From assembly GCA_963815115.1 (NCBI GenBank), contig CAWFFN010000012.1:352001-416000 (forward strand): DNA of 64,000 bases. Direction: 5' to 3'. Shown here piece by piece: positions 48,402 through 62,003 of the stretch. How positions within the stretch are numbered: the stretch's first letter is position 1; each line of letters opens with the position of its first letter. The translations under genes and the position numbers were made by a program. The DNA is from an uncultured delta proteobacterium. GTDB lineage: Bacteria; Desulfobacterota; Binatia; DP-6. A model generated the notes under the pieces. That model searched no databases. It saw only the letters and a list, made by a program, of their open reading frames with translations, and was not told the origin of the DNA.

Positions 48402-51400
48402 GTGTCCGGAGTGTCGCTCGCAGAGCTGGTCGTCCGTCTCCGGCGCGATCTCGAGGGGAGGCCTGCCGGGCCGCTCCGCGTCTCGGGTCTCCGCGGCAGC
48501 GCTCCCGCGCTCTGTCTCGCGCGCCTCCTCGCGGAGCGAGCACGCTCCGTGCTCGTGGTCGCGGCGGACGCGGCGACGGCGGAGTCGTTTGCCGCGGATC
48601 TGCGTTTCTTCGCTGGCGACCGCGAGACCTCGGGACCGCTCGGGCGCCGGGTGCATTACCTCCCGGGCTGGGAGGTGCCTCCCTTCGAGCCCCTGTCCCC
48701 GACTCGCGAGGTGGTGGCTGCCCGGGCCGAGGGCTTCTACCATCTCCTGCAGACCTCCGATCCCGTCGTCGTCACCACCGTGGAGGCGGTCGCACAGCGC
48801 TGCCTGCCGCGCGCGGTGTTCGCCGGCGCCGTCACCTACGTGGTCGAAGGGGAGACCCTGGCGCCGGAGGCCCTCGCCGAGCGCCTCGTCGAATGGGGAT
48901 ACCATCGCGTGCCGCTCGTGCAGGACCCCGGCGATCTCGCCCAGCGAGGCGGAATACTCGACGTTTTTCCCGCCGGCTACGTGCGCCCCGTTCGCTTCGA
49001 GTTCATCGGCGACGAGGTCGAGCGCCTGCGGGAGTTCGACCCCGTGTCGCAGCGTTCGCTCGACCGCACCGAGGAGGTCCTCCTGCTCCCGGTACAGGAG
49101 CTCGGGCGCTCGCGTCTGGGGCCCGGGCCGGCGCGGCTGGTTGACGAGCGCGCAGCCGAGATCGGCCTGGCGCGCCAGGAGCGGCGCGAGCTGGTCGAGG
49201 CGGTGCGCGGTGGTCTGCTCCTGCCCGGGATGGAGTCGCTGCTGCCGTATCTCTACGAGACGCCCGGAACGCTCGCCGACTACCTGCCGGCGGGGACGCT
49301 CTGCTGGACGCTCGGTGCGGGTGCCGTCGAGGCCGCCGTCGAGACGTCCTGGGCGCAGGTGGTCGCTCACGCCGAGGCGGCTCAGCGCGACGGGCGCTTC
49401 TACCCGCCGCCGCAGCGGCTCTACCTCGATCCCTCGGAATGCCGCGCCGCGCTCGAGGGCCGCCCGCGCGTAGAGGTGGAGAGCCTCGAGGAGCTCGCGG
49501 GGGACGTTCCGCACGCCACGACCCATGCCACGGACGCGCTCGGGCTCCGCACCGCTTCCGCGTCCGAGGGACCGCTGGCGGCGGTCGCGACGCAGCTCAA
49601 GGCGTGGCAGAGCGACGGGGCTCGCCTCGTCATGGTGGCGGCCAGCGACGCCCAGCGCGAGCGCTTGCAGGGGCTGCTTCGCGGCCATGGCATCGAGACG
49701 CTGGCCAGCGGGGCGCCCCTGCCGCAGGCCCTGGCGACCTCCGGCCGCGCCGCGCTCGCGCTGGTCGGCGGGCTGACCCGCGGCGTGCGGCTCCCGGTCG
49801 ACGGCCTCGCGCTGGTGACCGAGTCGGAGATCTTCGGCGAGCGGCGCGCCGTGCGCCGGGGCCGGCGTGCGCAGCCCGCGGATTTCCTCTCCACCCTCGC
49901 CCAGCTCCACACCGACGACTACGTCGTCCATGTCGACCACGGGATCGGCGTCTACCGCGGCCTGCGCCACATGCAGGTCGCGGGCACGCAGGGCGACTAC
50001 ATCCACCTCGAGTACGCCGGCGGCGACCGTCTCTACGTGCCGGTCGACCGCATCAGCGTGGTGCAGCGCTACGTCGGAGCAGACGGCGCGGCCCCGGCGC
50101 TGGACAAGCTGGGCGGTACGTCGTGGGAGCGCGTCAAGGCGAAGACCAAGGAATCGATCCTCGCCATGGCGCACGAGCTGGTGCGGGTCTATGCCACGCG
50201 CGAGGCCCATGACCGCTCGCCATACGCATTGGCAGATGCGCTCTACCAGGAGTTCGCCGCCCGCTTCCCGTTCGAGGAGACGCCGGGACAGGAGCGCGCC
50301 ATCGAGGAGGTCCTCACCGACCTGGGCAGCCCGCGGCCCATGGACCGCCTGGTGTGCGGCGACGTCGGATTCGGCAAGACCGAGGTGGCGATGCGGGCCG
50401 CCTTCCTGGCGGTGCTCGCGGGCAAGCAGGTGGCGGTCCTCGTTCCCACCACGATCCTCGCCCAGCAGCATCTCGAGAGCTTCCGCGCGCGACTAGAGGG
50501 CTACCCGATCACCGTCGACGTGCTGTCACGCTTTCGCACCGCGGCCGAGAACCGCGAGACGCTGGCGCGGCTCGCCGAGGGCCGGGTCGACATCGTCATC
50601 GGCACCCATCGCCTGCTCCAGAAGGACGTGGCCTTCCGCCAGCTCGGGCTGCTCGTGGTCGACGAGGAGCACCGCTTCGGCGTCAAGGACAAGGAGCGCA
50701 TCCGGGCGCTCCGCGGCGGCGTCGACGTGCTGACGCTCACCGCGACGCCGATCCCGCGCACCCTCAACATGTCGCTGTCCGGCATCCGCGACCTGAGCGT
50801 CATCGAGACCGCGCCCGTCGATCGCCTGGCCATCCGGACGTACGTGACGCGCTACGACGAGGCGGTGGTGCGGGACGCCGTGCTGCGCGAGCTCGGCCGC
50901 GGCGGCCAGGTGTTCTTCGTCCACAACCGGGTGGAGAACATCGACGCCATGGCGCGGCGGCTGGGCGAGGTCGTCCCCGAGGCGCGCATCGGCGTGGCGC
51001 ACGGTCAGATGCCCGAGGGCGCGCTCGAGAAGACCATGGTCGGGTTCATGCACGGGGAGAGCAATCTCCTGGTCACCTCGGCGATCATCGAGTCGGGGCT
51101 CGACATCCCGCGCGCCAACACGGTCATCGTCAACCGGGCCGACACCTTCGGACTGGCCCAGCTCTACCAGATTCGCGGGCGGGTCGGCCGTTCCCACCAC
51201 CGCGCCTACGCCTATCTGATGATACCCGGCGAGCATCTGATCACGGCCGACGCACAGAAGCGGCTCCGGGTCCTCCAGGAGCTGGACGACCTCGGCGGCG
51301 GCTTCCGGCTCGCGGCCCACGACCTCGAGATTCGCGGCGCGGGCAACCTGCTCGGCAAGCAGCAGTCGGGACACATCACCGCCGTCGGCCTCGAGCTCTA

Positions 51401-51899
51401 CACCCATCTGCTCGAGCAGGCGGTGCGCGAGCTGCGCGGCGAGCACCCGGAGCCGGACCTCGAGCCCGAGATACAGCTCGGCATTCCCGCCTACGTGCCC
51501 GAGACCTACATTCCCGACGTCGGCCAGCGGCTGGTCGTCTACAAGCGGCTCGCCGGGATTCGCGGCGTGCCCGATCTCGAGGCGATCGCCGCCGAGCTCG
51601 AGGACCGCTACGGCCCGATCCCGCCGCTGGTCGACACGCTGCTCCGGGTGATGGAGCTGCGACGCTGGCTGAAGGACCTGCGAGTCGTCTCGGCGCGCCG
51701 CCGCGGGGACTCGATCGTGATCGAGTTCCACGACACGACGCCGGTCGGCGTGGAGACGTTGCTGGAGAAGGTGCGCGGTACCAAGGGCACGCTGCGCCTG
51801 ACGAGCGGCTCGGCACTCGCGTTCCGTCCGTCGACCTCGGACCACGATGGCGTGGTCGCCGAGCTCCGGGCGCTCTTGCAGAGCCTCGGAACGGCGTGA
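48402..51899 (+). CDS. mfd: transcription-repair coupling factor
   Basis: UvrB-like N-terminus, VVHVDHGIG, CGDVGFGKTEVA, DEEHRFG, QLYQIRGRVGRS, DLEIRGAGNLLG. Confidence 0.97.
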   Translation: MSGVSLAELVVRLRRDLEGRPAGPLRVSGLRGSAPALCLARLLAERARSVLVVAADAATAESFAADLRFFAGDRETSGPLGRRVHYLPGWEVPPFEPLSPTREVVAARAEGFYHLLQTSDPVVVTTVEAVAQRCLPRAVFAGAVTYVVEGETLAPEALAERLVEWGYHRVPLVQDPGDLAQRGGILDVFPAGYVRPVRFEFIGDEVERLREFDPVSQRSLDRTEEVLLLPVQELGRSRLGPGPARLVDERAAEIGLARQERRELVEAVRGGLLLPGMESLLPYLYETPGTLADYLPAGTLCWTLGAGAVEAAVETSWAQVVAHAEAAQRDGRFYPPPQRLYLDPSECRAALEGRPRVEVESLEELAGDVPHATTHATDALGLRTASASEGPLAAVATQLKAWQSDGARLVMVAASDAQRERLQGLLRGHGIETLASGAPLPQALATSGRAALALVGGLTRGVRLPVDGLALVTESEIFGERRAVRRGRRAQPADFLSTLAQLHTDDYVVHVDHGIGVYRGLRHMQVAGTQGDYIHLEYAGGDRLYVPVDRISVVQRYVGADGAAPALDKLGGTSWERVKAKTKESILAMAHELVRVYATREAHDRSPYALADALYQEFAARFPFEETPGQERAIEEVLTDLGSPRPMDRLVCGDVGFGKTEVAMRAAFLAVLAGKQVAVLVPTTILAQQHLESFRARLEGYPITVDVLSRFRTAAENRETLARLAEGRVDIVIGTHRLLQKDVAFRQLGLLVVDEEHRFGVKDKERIRALRGGVDVLTLTATPIPRTLNMSLSGIRDLSVIETAPVDRLAIRTYVTRYDEAVVRDAVLRELGRGGQVFFVHNRVENIDAMARRLGEVVPEARIGVAHGQMPEGALEKTMVGFMHGESNLLVTSAIIESGLDIPRANTVIVNRADTFGLAQLYQIRGRVGRSHHRAYAYLMIPGEHLITADAQKRLRVLQELDDLGGGFRLAAHDLEIRGAGNLLGKQQSGHITAVGLELYTHLLEQAVRELRGEHPEPDLEPEIQLGIPAYVPETYIPDVGQRLVVYKRLAGIRGVPDLEAIAAELEDRYGPIPPLVDTLLRVMELRRWLKDLRVVSARRRGDSIVIEFHDTTPVGVETLLEKVRGTKGTLRLTSGSALAFRPSTSDHDGVVAELRALLQSLGTA

Positions 51900-51915
51900 T
51901 ACCCGATGCGCCGCC

Positions 51916-52842
51916 ATGAGCCGCGGCTGGCGCAGCGCACTGGCCGTCGTCGCGGTCCTGGCCGTGGGGTCGGGCCGCGCCGAGGTGGTGGATCGCATCA
52001 TTGCGACCGTCGACGGTGATCCCATCACCGCGCACGAGCTGCAGCAGTTCCGCCAGGAGCGCGCGTCCGCCGACATGACAGACAAGCAGCTCCTCGACGC
52101 GATCATCACGGACAAGCTCCTCGAGAAGGAGGTCCGCGAGAAGGGCGTCACGGTCAAGTCCGAGGACATCGACCGCTACGTCGACCAGGTGAAGGAGCGA
52201 AACCACATCGACAACTACCGGTTCGAGGCGGCCCTCGAGGCCCAGGGCATGACGCTCGAGCGCTATCGCGAGCGCATCCGGATCGAGCTCGAGAAGTCGC
52301 AGCTCGTCAACCGGGAGATCCGCGGCCGCGTCGGCATCCCGCCCGACGAGATCGAGCGCTACTACCATGCCCATCGCGAGGACTACAGGACCGGCGAGCG
52401 CGTGGTCCTGCGCGACATCGCGTTCCGCATCGAGGTCGTCGACGACGACGCCGAGATCGCGCACATCCGGGCGAAGGCCGACGAGGTGCTGCAGCTCGCC
52501 ATCGGCGGCCGCGACTTCGCGGCGCTCGCCAAGCAGTTCTCCGAAGCGCCGGGCGCGGACAAGGGCGGCCTCCTCGGCACCTTCGCGCGTGGCGAGCTGG
52601 AGCCCGAGCTGGAGGAGGTGGCCTTCGTGCTCAAGCCCGGCCAGCTGAGCCAGGTGATCCGCACCGACAAGGCGTTCCACCTGCTGCGAGTCGACAAGTT
52701 CGAGCCGCCGGGCTACCGTTCCCTCGACGAAGTGAAGGATCAGATCCGCGACACGCTCTACGAGAAGGCGATCGGCCAGCGCTTCGAGGATTGGCTCTCC
52801 AGGGATCTGCGGGAGCGCCATTCGGTCGAGGTATTCAACTGA
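51916..52842 (+). CDS. SurA-like periplasmic chaperone/parvulin PPIase
   Basis: Signal peptide, [27 protein letters not shown]...[22 protein letters not shown]. Confidence 0.85.
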   Translation: MSRGWRSALAVVAVLAVGSGRAEVVDRIIATVDGDPITAHELQQFRQERASADMTDKQLLDAIITDKLLEKEVREKGVTVKSEDIDRYVDQVKERNHIDNYRFEAALEAQGMTLERYRERIRIELEKSQLVNREIRGRVGIPPDEIERYYHAHREDYRTGERVVLRDIAFRIEVVDDDAEIAHIRAKADEVLQLAIGGRDFAALAKQFSEAPGADKGGLLGTFARGELEPELEEVAFVLKPGQLSQVIRTDKAFHLLRVDKFEPPGYRSLDEVKDQIRDTLYEKAIGQRFEDWLSRDLRERHSVEVFN

Positions 52843-54203
52843 ATCCCGCCATCTTCCGCGAATACGACATCCGCGGGGTGGCGGAGCGCGACTTCGACGC
52901 AGGGTTTGCCCACCGGCTGGGGCAGGCGTTCGGCACGCTGGCGGCCGAGCGCGGAACGACGCTGGTCGCGGTGGGGCGCGACTGCCGGCTGACCTCGGAT
53001 CGCTATGCCGCCGCGCTCGTCGAGGGCGTCCGCGCGGCCGGCGTCGACGTCCTCGATGTCGGGATGTGTCCGACACCCCTGCTCTACTTCGCCATCTTCC
53101 ACTGGGGGCTCGGCGGAGGCGTGCAGGTGACGGGCAGCCACAATCCGGCCGACTACAATGGCTTCAAGTTGTGCCTCGGCACCGTGGCGATGCACGGCGA
53201 GGACATCCAGGCGCTCAGGCGGCGGATGGAGACCGGGCCGCTGCGATCCGGCGCCGGCACGGTCGAGACGCGTGCGGTGATCGGGCCCTACCAGGATCAC
53301 GTCGCGTGCACCCTGGGGCGGCTCGCCCGTCGCGTCGCCGTCGTGGTGGACGCGGGAAACGGTACCGGCGGGCCGGTAGCCCCTGCGCTCTACGAGCGCC
53401 TGGGCGCGCAGGTGACGCCGCTCTTCTGCGATCCGGACGGGCGATTCCCCAACCACCATCCCGACCCGACGGTGGTCGAGAACCTGCAGCACCTGATCGC
53501 CCGCGTGCGCGAGCGCGGCGCCGAGGTGGGGATCGCCTTCGACGGCGATGCCGACCGCATCGGCGTGGTGGACGGTGACGGCCGCGTCGTCTGGGGGGAC
53601 GAGCTGCTCGTGCTCTACGCGCGCGACGTGCTGTCGCGAAACCCGGGAGCCATCGTGGTCTCCGAGGTGAAGTGCTCCCAGCGGCTCTACGACGACGTCG
53701 CGCGGCACGGCGGTCGTGCGATCATGTGGAAGGCCGGCCATTCGCTGCTCAAGGCCAAGATGAGGGAGACCGGCGCGCTCCTCGGCGGCGAGATGAGCGG
53801 CCACGTCTTCTTCGGCGAGCGCTGGTTCGGGTTCGACGACGGCATTTACGCCGGCGCCCGGCTGCTCGAGATCCTGGGCCGCAGCGGCAAGACCGTGCGC
53901 GACCTGCTCGCCGATCTCCCGCCCGCCGAGACGACTCCGGAGATCCGCGTCGACTGCCCGGACGAGCTCAAGTTTCGCGTGGCCGACCGGGTCCGCGATG
54001 GACTGCGCGCCGCCGGCCACGACCTGATCGATCTCGACGGCGCGCGGGTGCGCTTCCCGCACGGCTGGGGCCTGCTGCGGGCCTCGAACACGCAGCCCGC
54101 GCTGGTCATGCGCTTCGAAGCCGACACCTGCGAGCACCTCGCCGACTACCGTGCCGTGCTCGAGCGCGCCGTGGCTGCGGCACGCCGGGAGATCGGCCGC
54201 TAG
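52839..54203 (+). CDS. phosphomannomutase/phosphoglucomutase (AlgC-like), probable CTG start
   Basis: [39 protein letters not shown]. Confidence 0.93.
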   Translation: MNPAIFREYDIRGVAERDFDAGFAHRLGQAFGTLAAERGTTLVAVGRDCRLTSDRYAAALVEGVRAAGVDVLDVGMCPTPLLYFAIFHWGLGGGVQVTGSHNPADYNGFKLCLGTVAMHGEDIQALRRRMETGPLRSGAGTVETRAVIGPYQDHVACTLGRLARRVAVVVDAGNGTGGPVAPALYERLGAQVTPLFCDPDGRFPNHHPDPTVVENLQHLIARVRERGAEVGIAFDGDADRIGVVDGDGRVVWGDELLVLYARDVLSRNPGAIVVSEVKCSQRLYDDVARHGGRAIMWKAGHSLLKAKMRETGALLGGEMSGHVFFGERWFGFDDGIYAGARLLEILGRSGKTVRDLLADLPPAETTPEIRVDCPDELKFRVADRVRDGLRAAGHDLIDLDGARVRFPHGWGLLRASNTQPALVMRFEADTCEHLADYRAVLERAVAAARREIGR

Positions 54204-54222
54204 AGCGGGCGCGAGCAAACTC

Positions 54223-57069
<2,847 letters not shown>

Positions 57070-57098
57070 AGGAGTCCAGGCGGTCCGGGTCATCGATC

Positions 57099-57151
57099 GG
57101 TCCTTGACAAGAGGACCAGGAGCGTAATACTAGACCGAACTGGTCCGGATA
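57099..57151 (+). promoter_or_regulatory. isc operon promoter with IscR/Rrf2-like operator
   Basis: TTGACA 57104-57109 within the inverted repeat GGTCCT-N7-AGGACC; ATACTAGACC-GAACT-GGTCCGGATA (57127-57151) resembles the IscR type-1 box. Confidence 0.6.
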
Positions 57152-57165
57152 CTCCGGCATCGGAG

Positions 57166-58437
57166 GTGAGCAGGCCTATGCTGAGCCGTGCGATCTACAT
57201 GGACAACCACGCTACCACGCCGGTCGATCCGCGCGTGATGGAAGCGATGCTGCCGTACTTCAACGAGGTTTTCGGCAACGCCGCCAGCCGCAGCCACGGC
57301 TTCGGCTGGGACGCCGAGAAGGCCGTCGAGAGCGCTCGCGAGGAGATCGCCCGACTGATCGGCGCCAAGGCGAAGGACATCATCTTCACCAGCGGAGCGA
57401 CCGAGTCGGACAACCTCGCGGTCCGCGGCGTGGTCGAGTTCTACAAGGACAAGGGCAACCACGTCGTCACCCAGGTGACCGAGCACAAGGCGATCCTCGA
57501 CACCTGTCGCGCGCTCGAGCGCAAGGGTCTGGCGACCGTCACCTATCTGCCCGTCGACCACTATGGGCGTGTCGATCCCGACGACGTGCGCAAGGCCATC
57601 ACCGACAAGACGGTGCTGGTGACGATCATGTTCGCCAACAACGAGATCGGCACGGTGCAGCCGCTCGCCGAGATCGGGCAGATCACCCGCGAGAAGGGCG
57701 TGCTCTTCCATACCGACGCCGTGCAGGGGCTCGGCACGCTGCCGCTCGACGTCGAGGCGATGCACGTCGACCTCCTCTCGCTGACGGCGCACAAGATCTA
57801 CGGCCCCAAGGGCGTCGGCGCGCTCTACGTGCGCTCGAAGAGCCCGCGGGTTCGGCTGAGCCCGATCATCGACGGCGGCGGCCACGAGCGCGGCATGCGA
57901 TCCGGCACGCTGAACGTTCCGGGGATCGTCGGTCTGGGCAAGGCATGCGAGCTGGTGCGCCAGGGGCGGGCCGAGGACGCCGAGCACGAGCTGCGCTTAC
58001 GCGAGCGACTCCAGGAAGGCCTCTTCTCCCAGCTCGACGAGATCTATTTGAACGGCCACCCGACCTACCGGCTTCCCGGCAACCTGAACGTCAGCTTCGC
58101 GTTCGTCGAGGGCGAGTCGCTGCTGATGGGGCTCAACGGATCCGTCCATCCCATCGCCGCGTCGGCGTCCTTGCCGGCCATCGCCGTGTCGTCGGGCTCG
58201 GCCTGCACCTCGGCCACCCTGGAGCCCTCGTACGTATTGAAGGCCCTGGGAGTGGGCGACGACCTGGCGCACACCTCGATCCGGTTCGGGCTCGGCCGCT
58301 TCAACACGGAGGAAGAGGTCGACTACGTGATCGAGCGCGTCGTTTCAGAGGTGCGCCGGTTGCGCGATCTGTCCCCGCTCTATGAGATGGCGAAGGAAGG
58401 AATCGATCTCAAGACCGTGGCCTGGGAACGCGTCTGA
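57166..58437 (+). CDS. iscS: cysteine desulfurase
   Basis: [28 protein letters not shown] (PLP Lys), SSGSACTS; start GTG 57166 or ATG 57178. Confidence 0.96.
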   Translation: MSRPMLSRAIYMDNHATTPVDPRVMEAMLPYFNEVFGNAASRSHGFGWDAEKAVESAREEIARLIGAKAKDIIFTSGATESDNLAVRGVVEFYKDKGNHVVTQVTEHKAILDTCRALERKGLATVTYLPVDHYGRVDPDDVRKAITDKTVLVTIMFANNEIGTVQPLAEIGQITREKGVLFHTDAVQGLGTLPLDVEAMHVDLLSLTAHKIYGPKGVGALYVRSKSPRVRLSPIIDGGGHERGMRSGTLNVPGIVGLGKACELVRQGRAEDAEHELRLRERLQEGLFSQLDEIYLNGHPTYRLPGNLNVSFAFVEGESLLMGLNGSVHPIAASASLPAIAVSSGSACTSATLEPSYVLKALGVGDDLAHTSIRFGLGRFNTEEEVDYVIERVVSEVRRLRDLSPLYEMAKEGIDLKTVAWERV

Positions 58438-58447
58438 GACTTGCTGC

Positions 58448-58469
58448 CAAGACTGTTGCAAGACTGTTG
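58448..58469. repeat. 11-bp direct tandem repeat between iscS and iscU
   Basis: CAAGACTGTTG twice, with a degenerate upstream copy. Confidence 0.6.
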
Positions 58470-58481
58470 AAGGAGCACCCA

Positions 58482-58922
58482 ATGGCATACAGTGACAAGG
58501 TACTCGATCACTACTCCAATCCCCGGAACGTCGGCACGCTTCCGAAGGAAGACCCCAACGTCGGTACCGGTGTGGTGGGCGCGCCGGAGTGTGGCGACGT
58601 CATGAAGCTGCAGCTCCGGATCTCGGACGCGGGCGTCGTCGAGGACGCCAAGTTCAAGACCTTCGGCTGCGGGAGCGCGATCGCCAGCTCGAGCTACGTG
58701 ACCGAGCTGGTGAAGGGCAAGACGGTCGACGAGGTCATGTCGATCAAGAACACGCACATCGTGCAGGAGCTGTCGCTGCCACCGGTCAAGATCCACTGCT
58801 CGGTGCTCGCGGAGGACGGCATCAAGGCCGCGATCGCCGACTGGAAGAAGAAGCGTGGCGACGAGACGTCGGAGCCGGTCGGGCCCGAGGCGGCGCCAAA
58901 GGTGGCGCACAAGGTGGCATAG
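58482..58922 (+). CDS. iscU: Fe-S scaffold protein
   Basis: YSDKVLDHY, GAPECGD, FGCGSAIAS, LPPVKIHC. Confidence 0.96.
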   Translation: MAYSDKVLDHYSNPRNVGTLPKEDPNVGTGVVGAPECGDVMKLQLRISDAGVVEDAKFKTFGCGSAIASSSYVTELVKGKTVDEVMSIKNTHIVQELSLPPVKIHCSVLAEDGIKAAIADWKKKRGDETSEPVGPEAAPKVAHKVA

Positions 58923-59258
58923 GTGGCCGAGCAACGCACGATCGGAATGACCGACCAGGCCGCGGAGAAGATCCAGGCGCTGGTGGCCGAGAAGGGCATC
59001 GCGGACGGCGGGCTGCGGGTCAAGGTCGTCGGCGGGGGATGCTCGGGGCTCACCTACAAGATGGACCTCGACCAGGTGCGCGACGGCGACAAGGTCTTCG
59101 AGCACGGCGGCGCGAAGCTGGTCGTCGACCGCAAGAGCTTTCTGTACCTGAACGGCACCATCCTCGACTACAAGGACGAGCTGATGTCGGCGGGGTTCAA
59201 CCTGCAAAACCCGAACGTCAAGCGGACCTGCGGCTGTGGATCGTCGTTCGGGGTCTGA
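58923..59258 (+). CDS. iscA: A-type Fe-S carrier
   Basis: GGGCSG, NPNVKRTCGCGSSF. Confidence 0.93.
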   Translation: MAEQRTIGMTDQAAEKIQALVAEKGIADGGLRVKVVGGGCSGLTYKMDLDQVRDGDKVFEHGGAKLVVDRKSFLYLNGTILDYKDELMSAGFNLQNPNVKRTCGCGSSFGV

Positions 59259-59303
59259 TCGGGTTCATGGCGGACGAGCGCGGAGGGGAGGGGCGTTTCA
59301 TTC

Positions 59304-59975
59304 ATGATGCGAGCCGAGACACGCGAGCACGAGTGCTGGCACTGCGCCGCGCGAACGGGGCTCGCACTGGTGTGCATCCACTGCGAGGCACCCCAGCCGC
59401 TGCCGGCGGGGGCTGATCTCTTCGCCGTCCTCGGCCTGACCCGGCGGCTGGTCGTCGATCCCGACGATCTCGAGCGTCGCTACCACGAAGCCTCGCGCGC
59501 GGTGCATCCCGACCGCCACCAGACGGCCGGGGAGCGCGACCGCACGCTCAGCCTGACGGCGAGCGCCACCGTCAACCGGGCGTATCGCACGCTGCGCGAC
59601 CCGGTGGGGCGTGGGCGCTACTGGCTCGAGCTGCACGGTACCCCGCTCGGCGATCGCAACAACCAGGTTCCGCCCGCCCTGGCCGCGCTGGTGTTCGACA
59701 CGCAGGAGCAGCTCGCCGAGTTGCGGGAGGCGAGCGATCCGGCCGCGGCACGTCAGGGGATGCAGGCCACGCAGGACGATCTGAGCACGCGGTTGCAGGC
59801 GCTCGGGGCGGAGCTCGAAGAGCGTTACGCCGCCTGGGACGCCGCAGGCGCAGAGACACCCGATGCGCTGGCCGAGCTCAAGCGCCGGCTGTCCGAGATC
59901 GCCTACCTGCGCACGCTGCTCGACGACGTCGAGGATGCGCTCGACGCGGTGAAGGAACCCCGGCAGGAACACTGA
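59304..59975 (+). CDS. hscB: Fe-S co-chaperone (J-domain with N-terminal CxxC...CxxC)
   Basis: CWHC...[18 protein letters not shown]. Confidence 0.9.
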   Translation: MMRAETREHECWHCAARTGLALVCIHCEAPQPLPAGADLFAVLGLTRRLVVDPDDLERRYHEASRAVHPDRHQTAGERDRTLSLTASATVNRAYRTLRDPVGRGRYWLELHGTPLGDRNNQVPPALAALVFDTQEQLAELREASDPAAARQGMQATQDDLSTRLQALGAELEERYAAWDAAGAETPDALAELKRRLSEIAYLRTLLDDVEDALDAVKEPRQEH

Positions 59976-61783
59976 TGGATCGCGTCGTCGGCATCGATCT
60001 CGGAACCACCAACAGCCTGGTGGCGATCCTCGATCCGGAAGGGCCGCGCGTGCTGCCGGATCCGGAGACAGGGGCGCGCCTGCTGCCGTCGGCGGTCTCG
60101 TTCCTTCCCGGCGGCGAGGTCGTGGTCGGCGAGGGCGCCCGCCAGCTCGCGGGCGAGCTCCCGCTCGACACGATCCTCTCGGTCAAGCGCTTCATGGGGC
60201 TCGGCCCCGAGCACGTGAGCGACGAGGACCGCCGGCGCTACCGCTTCGCGGAGGGCGCGTCGGGGGTGGTGCGCTTCGTGGCTGGCGGACGCGAGCGGAC
60301 GGCTCCCGAGGTCTCCGCGTACGTACTCCGCGAGCTCAGGCGCTGGGCGGAGGCGGCACTCGGCGAGCCCGTCTCGAAGGCGGTCGTCACCGTCCCCGCC
60401 TACTTCAACGACAGCCAGCGGCAGGCGACCAAGGACGCGGGCCGGCTCGCCGGTCTCGAGGTCCTGCGCCTGGTGAACGAGCCCACCGCGGCGGCGCTCG
60501 CCTACGGTCTCGACCAGGGCGCGGAGGGCACGGTCGCGGTCTACGATCTGGGCGGCGGCACGTTCGACGTCTCCATCTTGAAGCTGCGGGGCGGCATCTT
60601 CGAGGTGCTCGCCACCAACGGCGACACGCGTCTCGGCGGCGACGACTTCGACGTTCGTCTCGCCGACCTGCTGCTCGCCGAGCTGCCCCAGCCGCTCGCC
60701 GCGCACCCGCAGGTGCGGGCCCAGGTGCTCGCGATGGCGGAGCGCGCGAAGCGTGCCCTGACCGACGCGTCCCAGACCGACCTCGAACTGGTCACCCCCG
60801 AGGGACGGGCGGTCCGGCGCACCGTCCGGCGCGACGAGTTCGAGGCCCTGGTGCGCGACCTCGTCGAGCGCACTGGCCGACCGTGCCGGCAGGCGCTCAG
60901 GGACGCCGGCCTCGAGCCGGCCGAGATCGGCGAGGTCGTCGCCGTCGGTGGCTCGACGCGCGTTCCGCTCGTACGCCGTACCATGGAAGCGCTCTTCGGC
61001 CGCCCGCCGCTCACGTCCATCGATCCGGACGAGGTCGTGGCGCTCGGCGCGGGCATCCAGGCGGGCATCCTCACCGGCGGTCGTCGCGACATGCTCCTGC
61101 TCGACGTCATCCCGCTGTCGCTCGGGATCGAGACCATGGGGGGTGTGTTCACGCGCCTGATCGATCGCAACGTCACCATCCCGGTGAGCGTCAAGGAGAA
61201 CTTCACCACCGCCGCGGACAACCAGACGTCGGTCGACGTGCACGTCCTGCAGGGCGAGCGCGAGCTCGCGAGCGACAACCGGAGCCTGGCCCGCTTCTCC
61301 ATCCCGATCGAGCCGCAGCCGGCCGGGGTGCCGCGTCTCGACCTGACGTTTCTCGTCGACGCCAACGGCATCCTGTCCGTGACGGCGGCCGACCTGCGGA
61401 CGGGCCGCGAGCGCACCGTCGAGGTGAAGCCGTCGTACGGTCTCACCGACGAGCAGATCGAGCACATGCTGGAGGAGTCGTTCGAGCACGCCGAGGACGA
61501 CGTGCAGCAACGCCAGCTGCGCGAGGCGCGGGTCGACGCCGACACGATCCTGCACGCGACCCGGACATCGCTCGAGAAGCACGCTCACCGACTCGAGCCC
61601 GGCGAGGCGGAGCGCATCCGCCGCGCGGTCGCGGCGCTGGCCGAGGCCCGCGACGGCGACGACCACATCCGCATCCGGGAGCGCTACGACGAGCTGAGCC
61701 AGATCACCGAGCCGTTCGCGCGGCGGATCATGGACGTCGCCCTGCGCGACGCGGTCGTCAGCCGGCCGCTCGAGGAGATCTGA
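59975..61783 (+). CDS. hscA: Fe-S chaperone Hsp70
   Basis: [43 protein letters not shown]; operon context. Confidence 0.93.
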   Translation: MDRVVGIDLGTTNSLVAILDPEGPRVLPDPETGARLLPSAVSFLPGGEVVVGEGARQLAGELPLDTILSVKRFMGLGPEHVSDEDRRRYRFAEGASGVVRFVAGGRERTAPEVSAYVLRELRRWAEAALGEPVSKAVVTVPAYFNDSQRQATKDAGRLAGLEVLRLVNEPTAAALAYGLDQGAEGTVAVYDLGGGTFDVSILKLRGGIFEVLATNGDTRLGGDDFDVRLADLLLAELPQPLAAHPQVRAQVLAMAERAKRALTDASQTDLELVTPEGRAVRRTVRRDEFEALVRDLVERTGRPCRQALRDAGLEPAEIGEVVAVGGSTRVPLVRRTMEALFGRPPLTSIDPDEVVALGAGIQAGILTGGRRDMLLLDVIPLSLGIETMGGVFTRLIDRNVTIPVSVKENFTTAADNQTSVDVHVLQGERELASDNRSLARFSIPIEPQPAGVPRLDLTFLVDANGILSVTAADLRTGRERTVEVKPSYGLTDEQIEHMLEESFEHAEDDVQQRQLREARVDADTILHATRTSLEKHAHRLEPGEAERIRRAVAALAEARDGDDHIRIRERYDELSQITEPFARRIMDVALRDAVVSRPLEEI

Positions 61784-61789
61784 GTTCCC

Positions 61790-61993
61790 ATGCGTCTCAC
61801 CTGGGATGACGTGGAAGACATCGCCGACCTCCTCGTGGAGCTCCATCCCGAGGTGGATCCCCTGGGCGTCCGCTTCACGGACCTCCACCGCTGGGTCAGT
61901 GAGCTGCCCGGCTTTGACGACGATCCCAAGGCATCGAGCGAGGGCAAGCTCGAGCGCATCCAGATGGCCTGGGTCGAGGCCCGGCGGGAGTGA
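61790..61993 (+). CDS. iscX: Fe-S assembly protein IscX (YfhJ)
   Basis: LTWDDVEDIA, HPEVDP..VRFTDLH, FDDDP, EGKLERIQMAW. Confidence 0.93.
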   Translation: MRLTWDDVEDIADLLVELHPEVDPLGVRFTDLHRWVSELPGFDDDPKASSEGKLERIQMAWVEARRE

Positions 61994-62003
61994 GGAGATA
62001 CTG

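Noticed and set aside
46110-50471. 1453-aa minus-strand ORF and many other long alternative-frame ORFs (e.g. 12218-14860, 8303-10252, 59903-61888, 22235-24598)
   Set aside because: Antisense or off-frame shadows of well-supported genes, with Arg/Ala/Gly/Pro-biased composition and no motifs; expected at this GC content
59975-61783. dnaK
   Set aside because: isc operon context, hscB neighbour and the VKPSYGL motif indicate HscA
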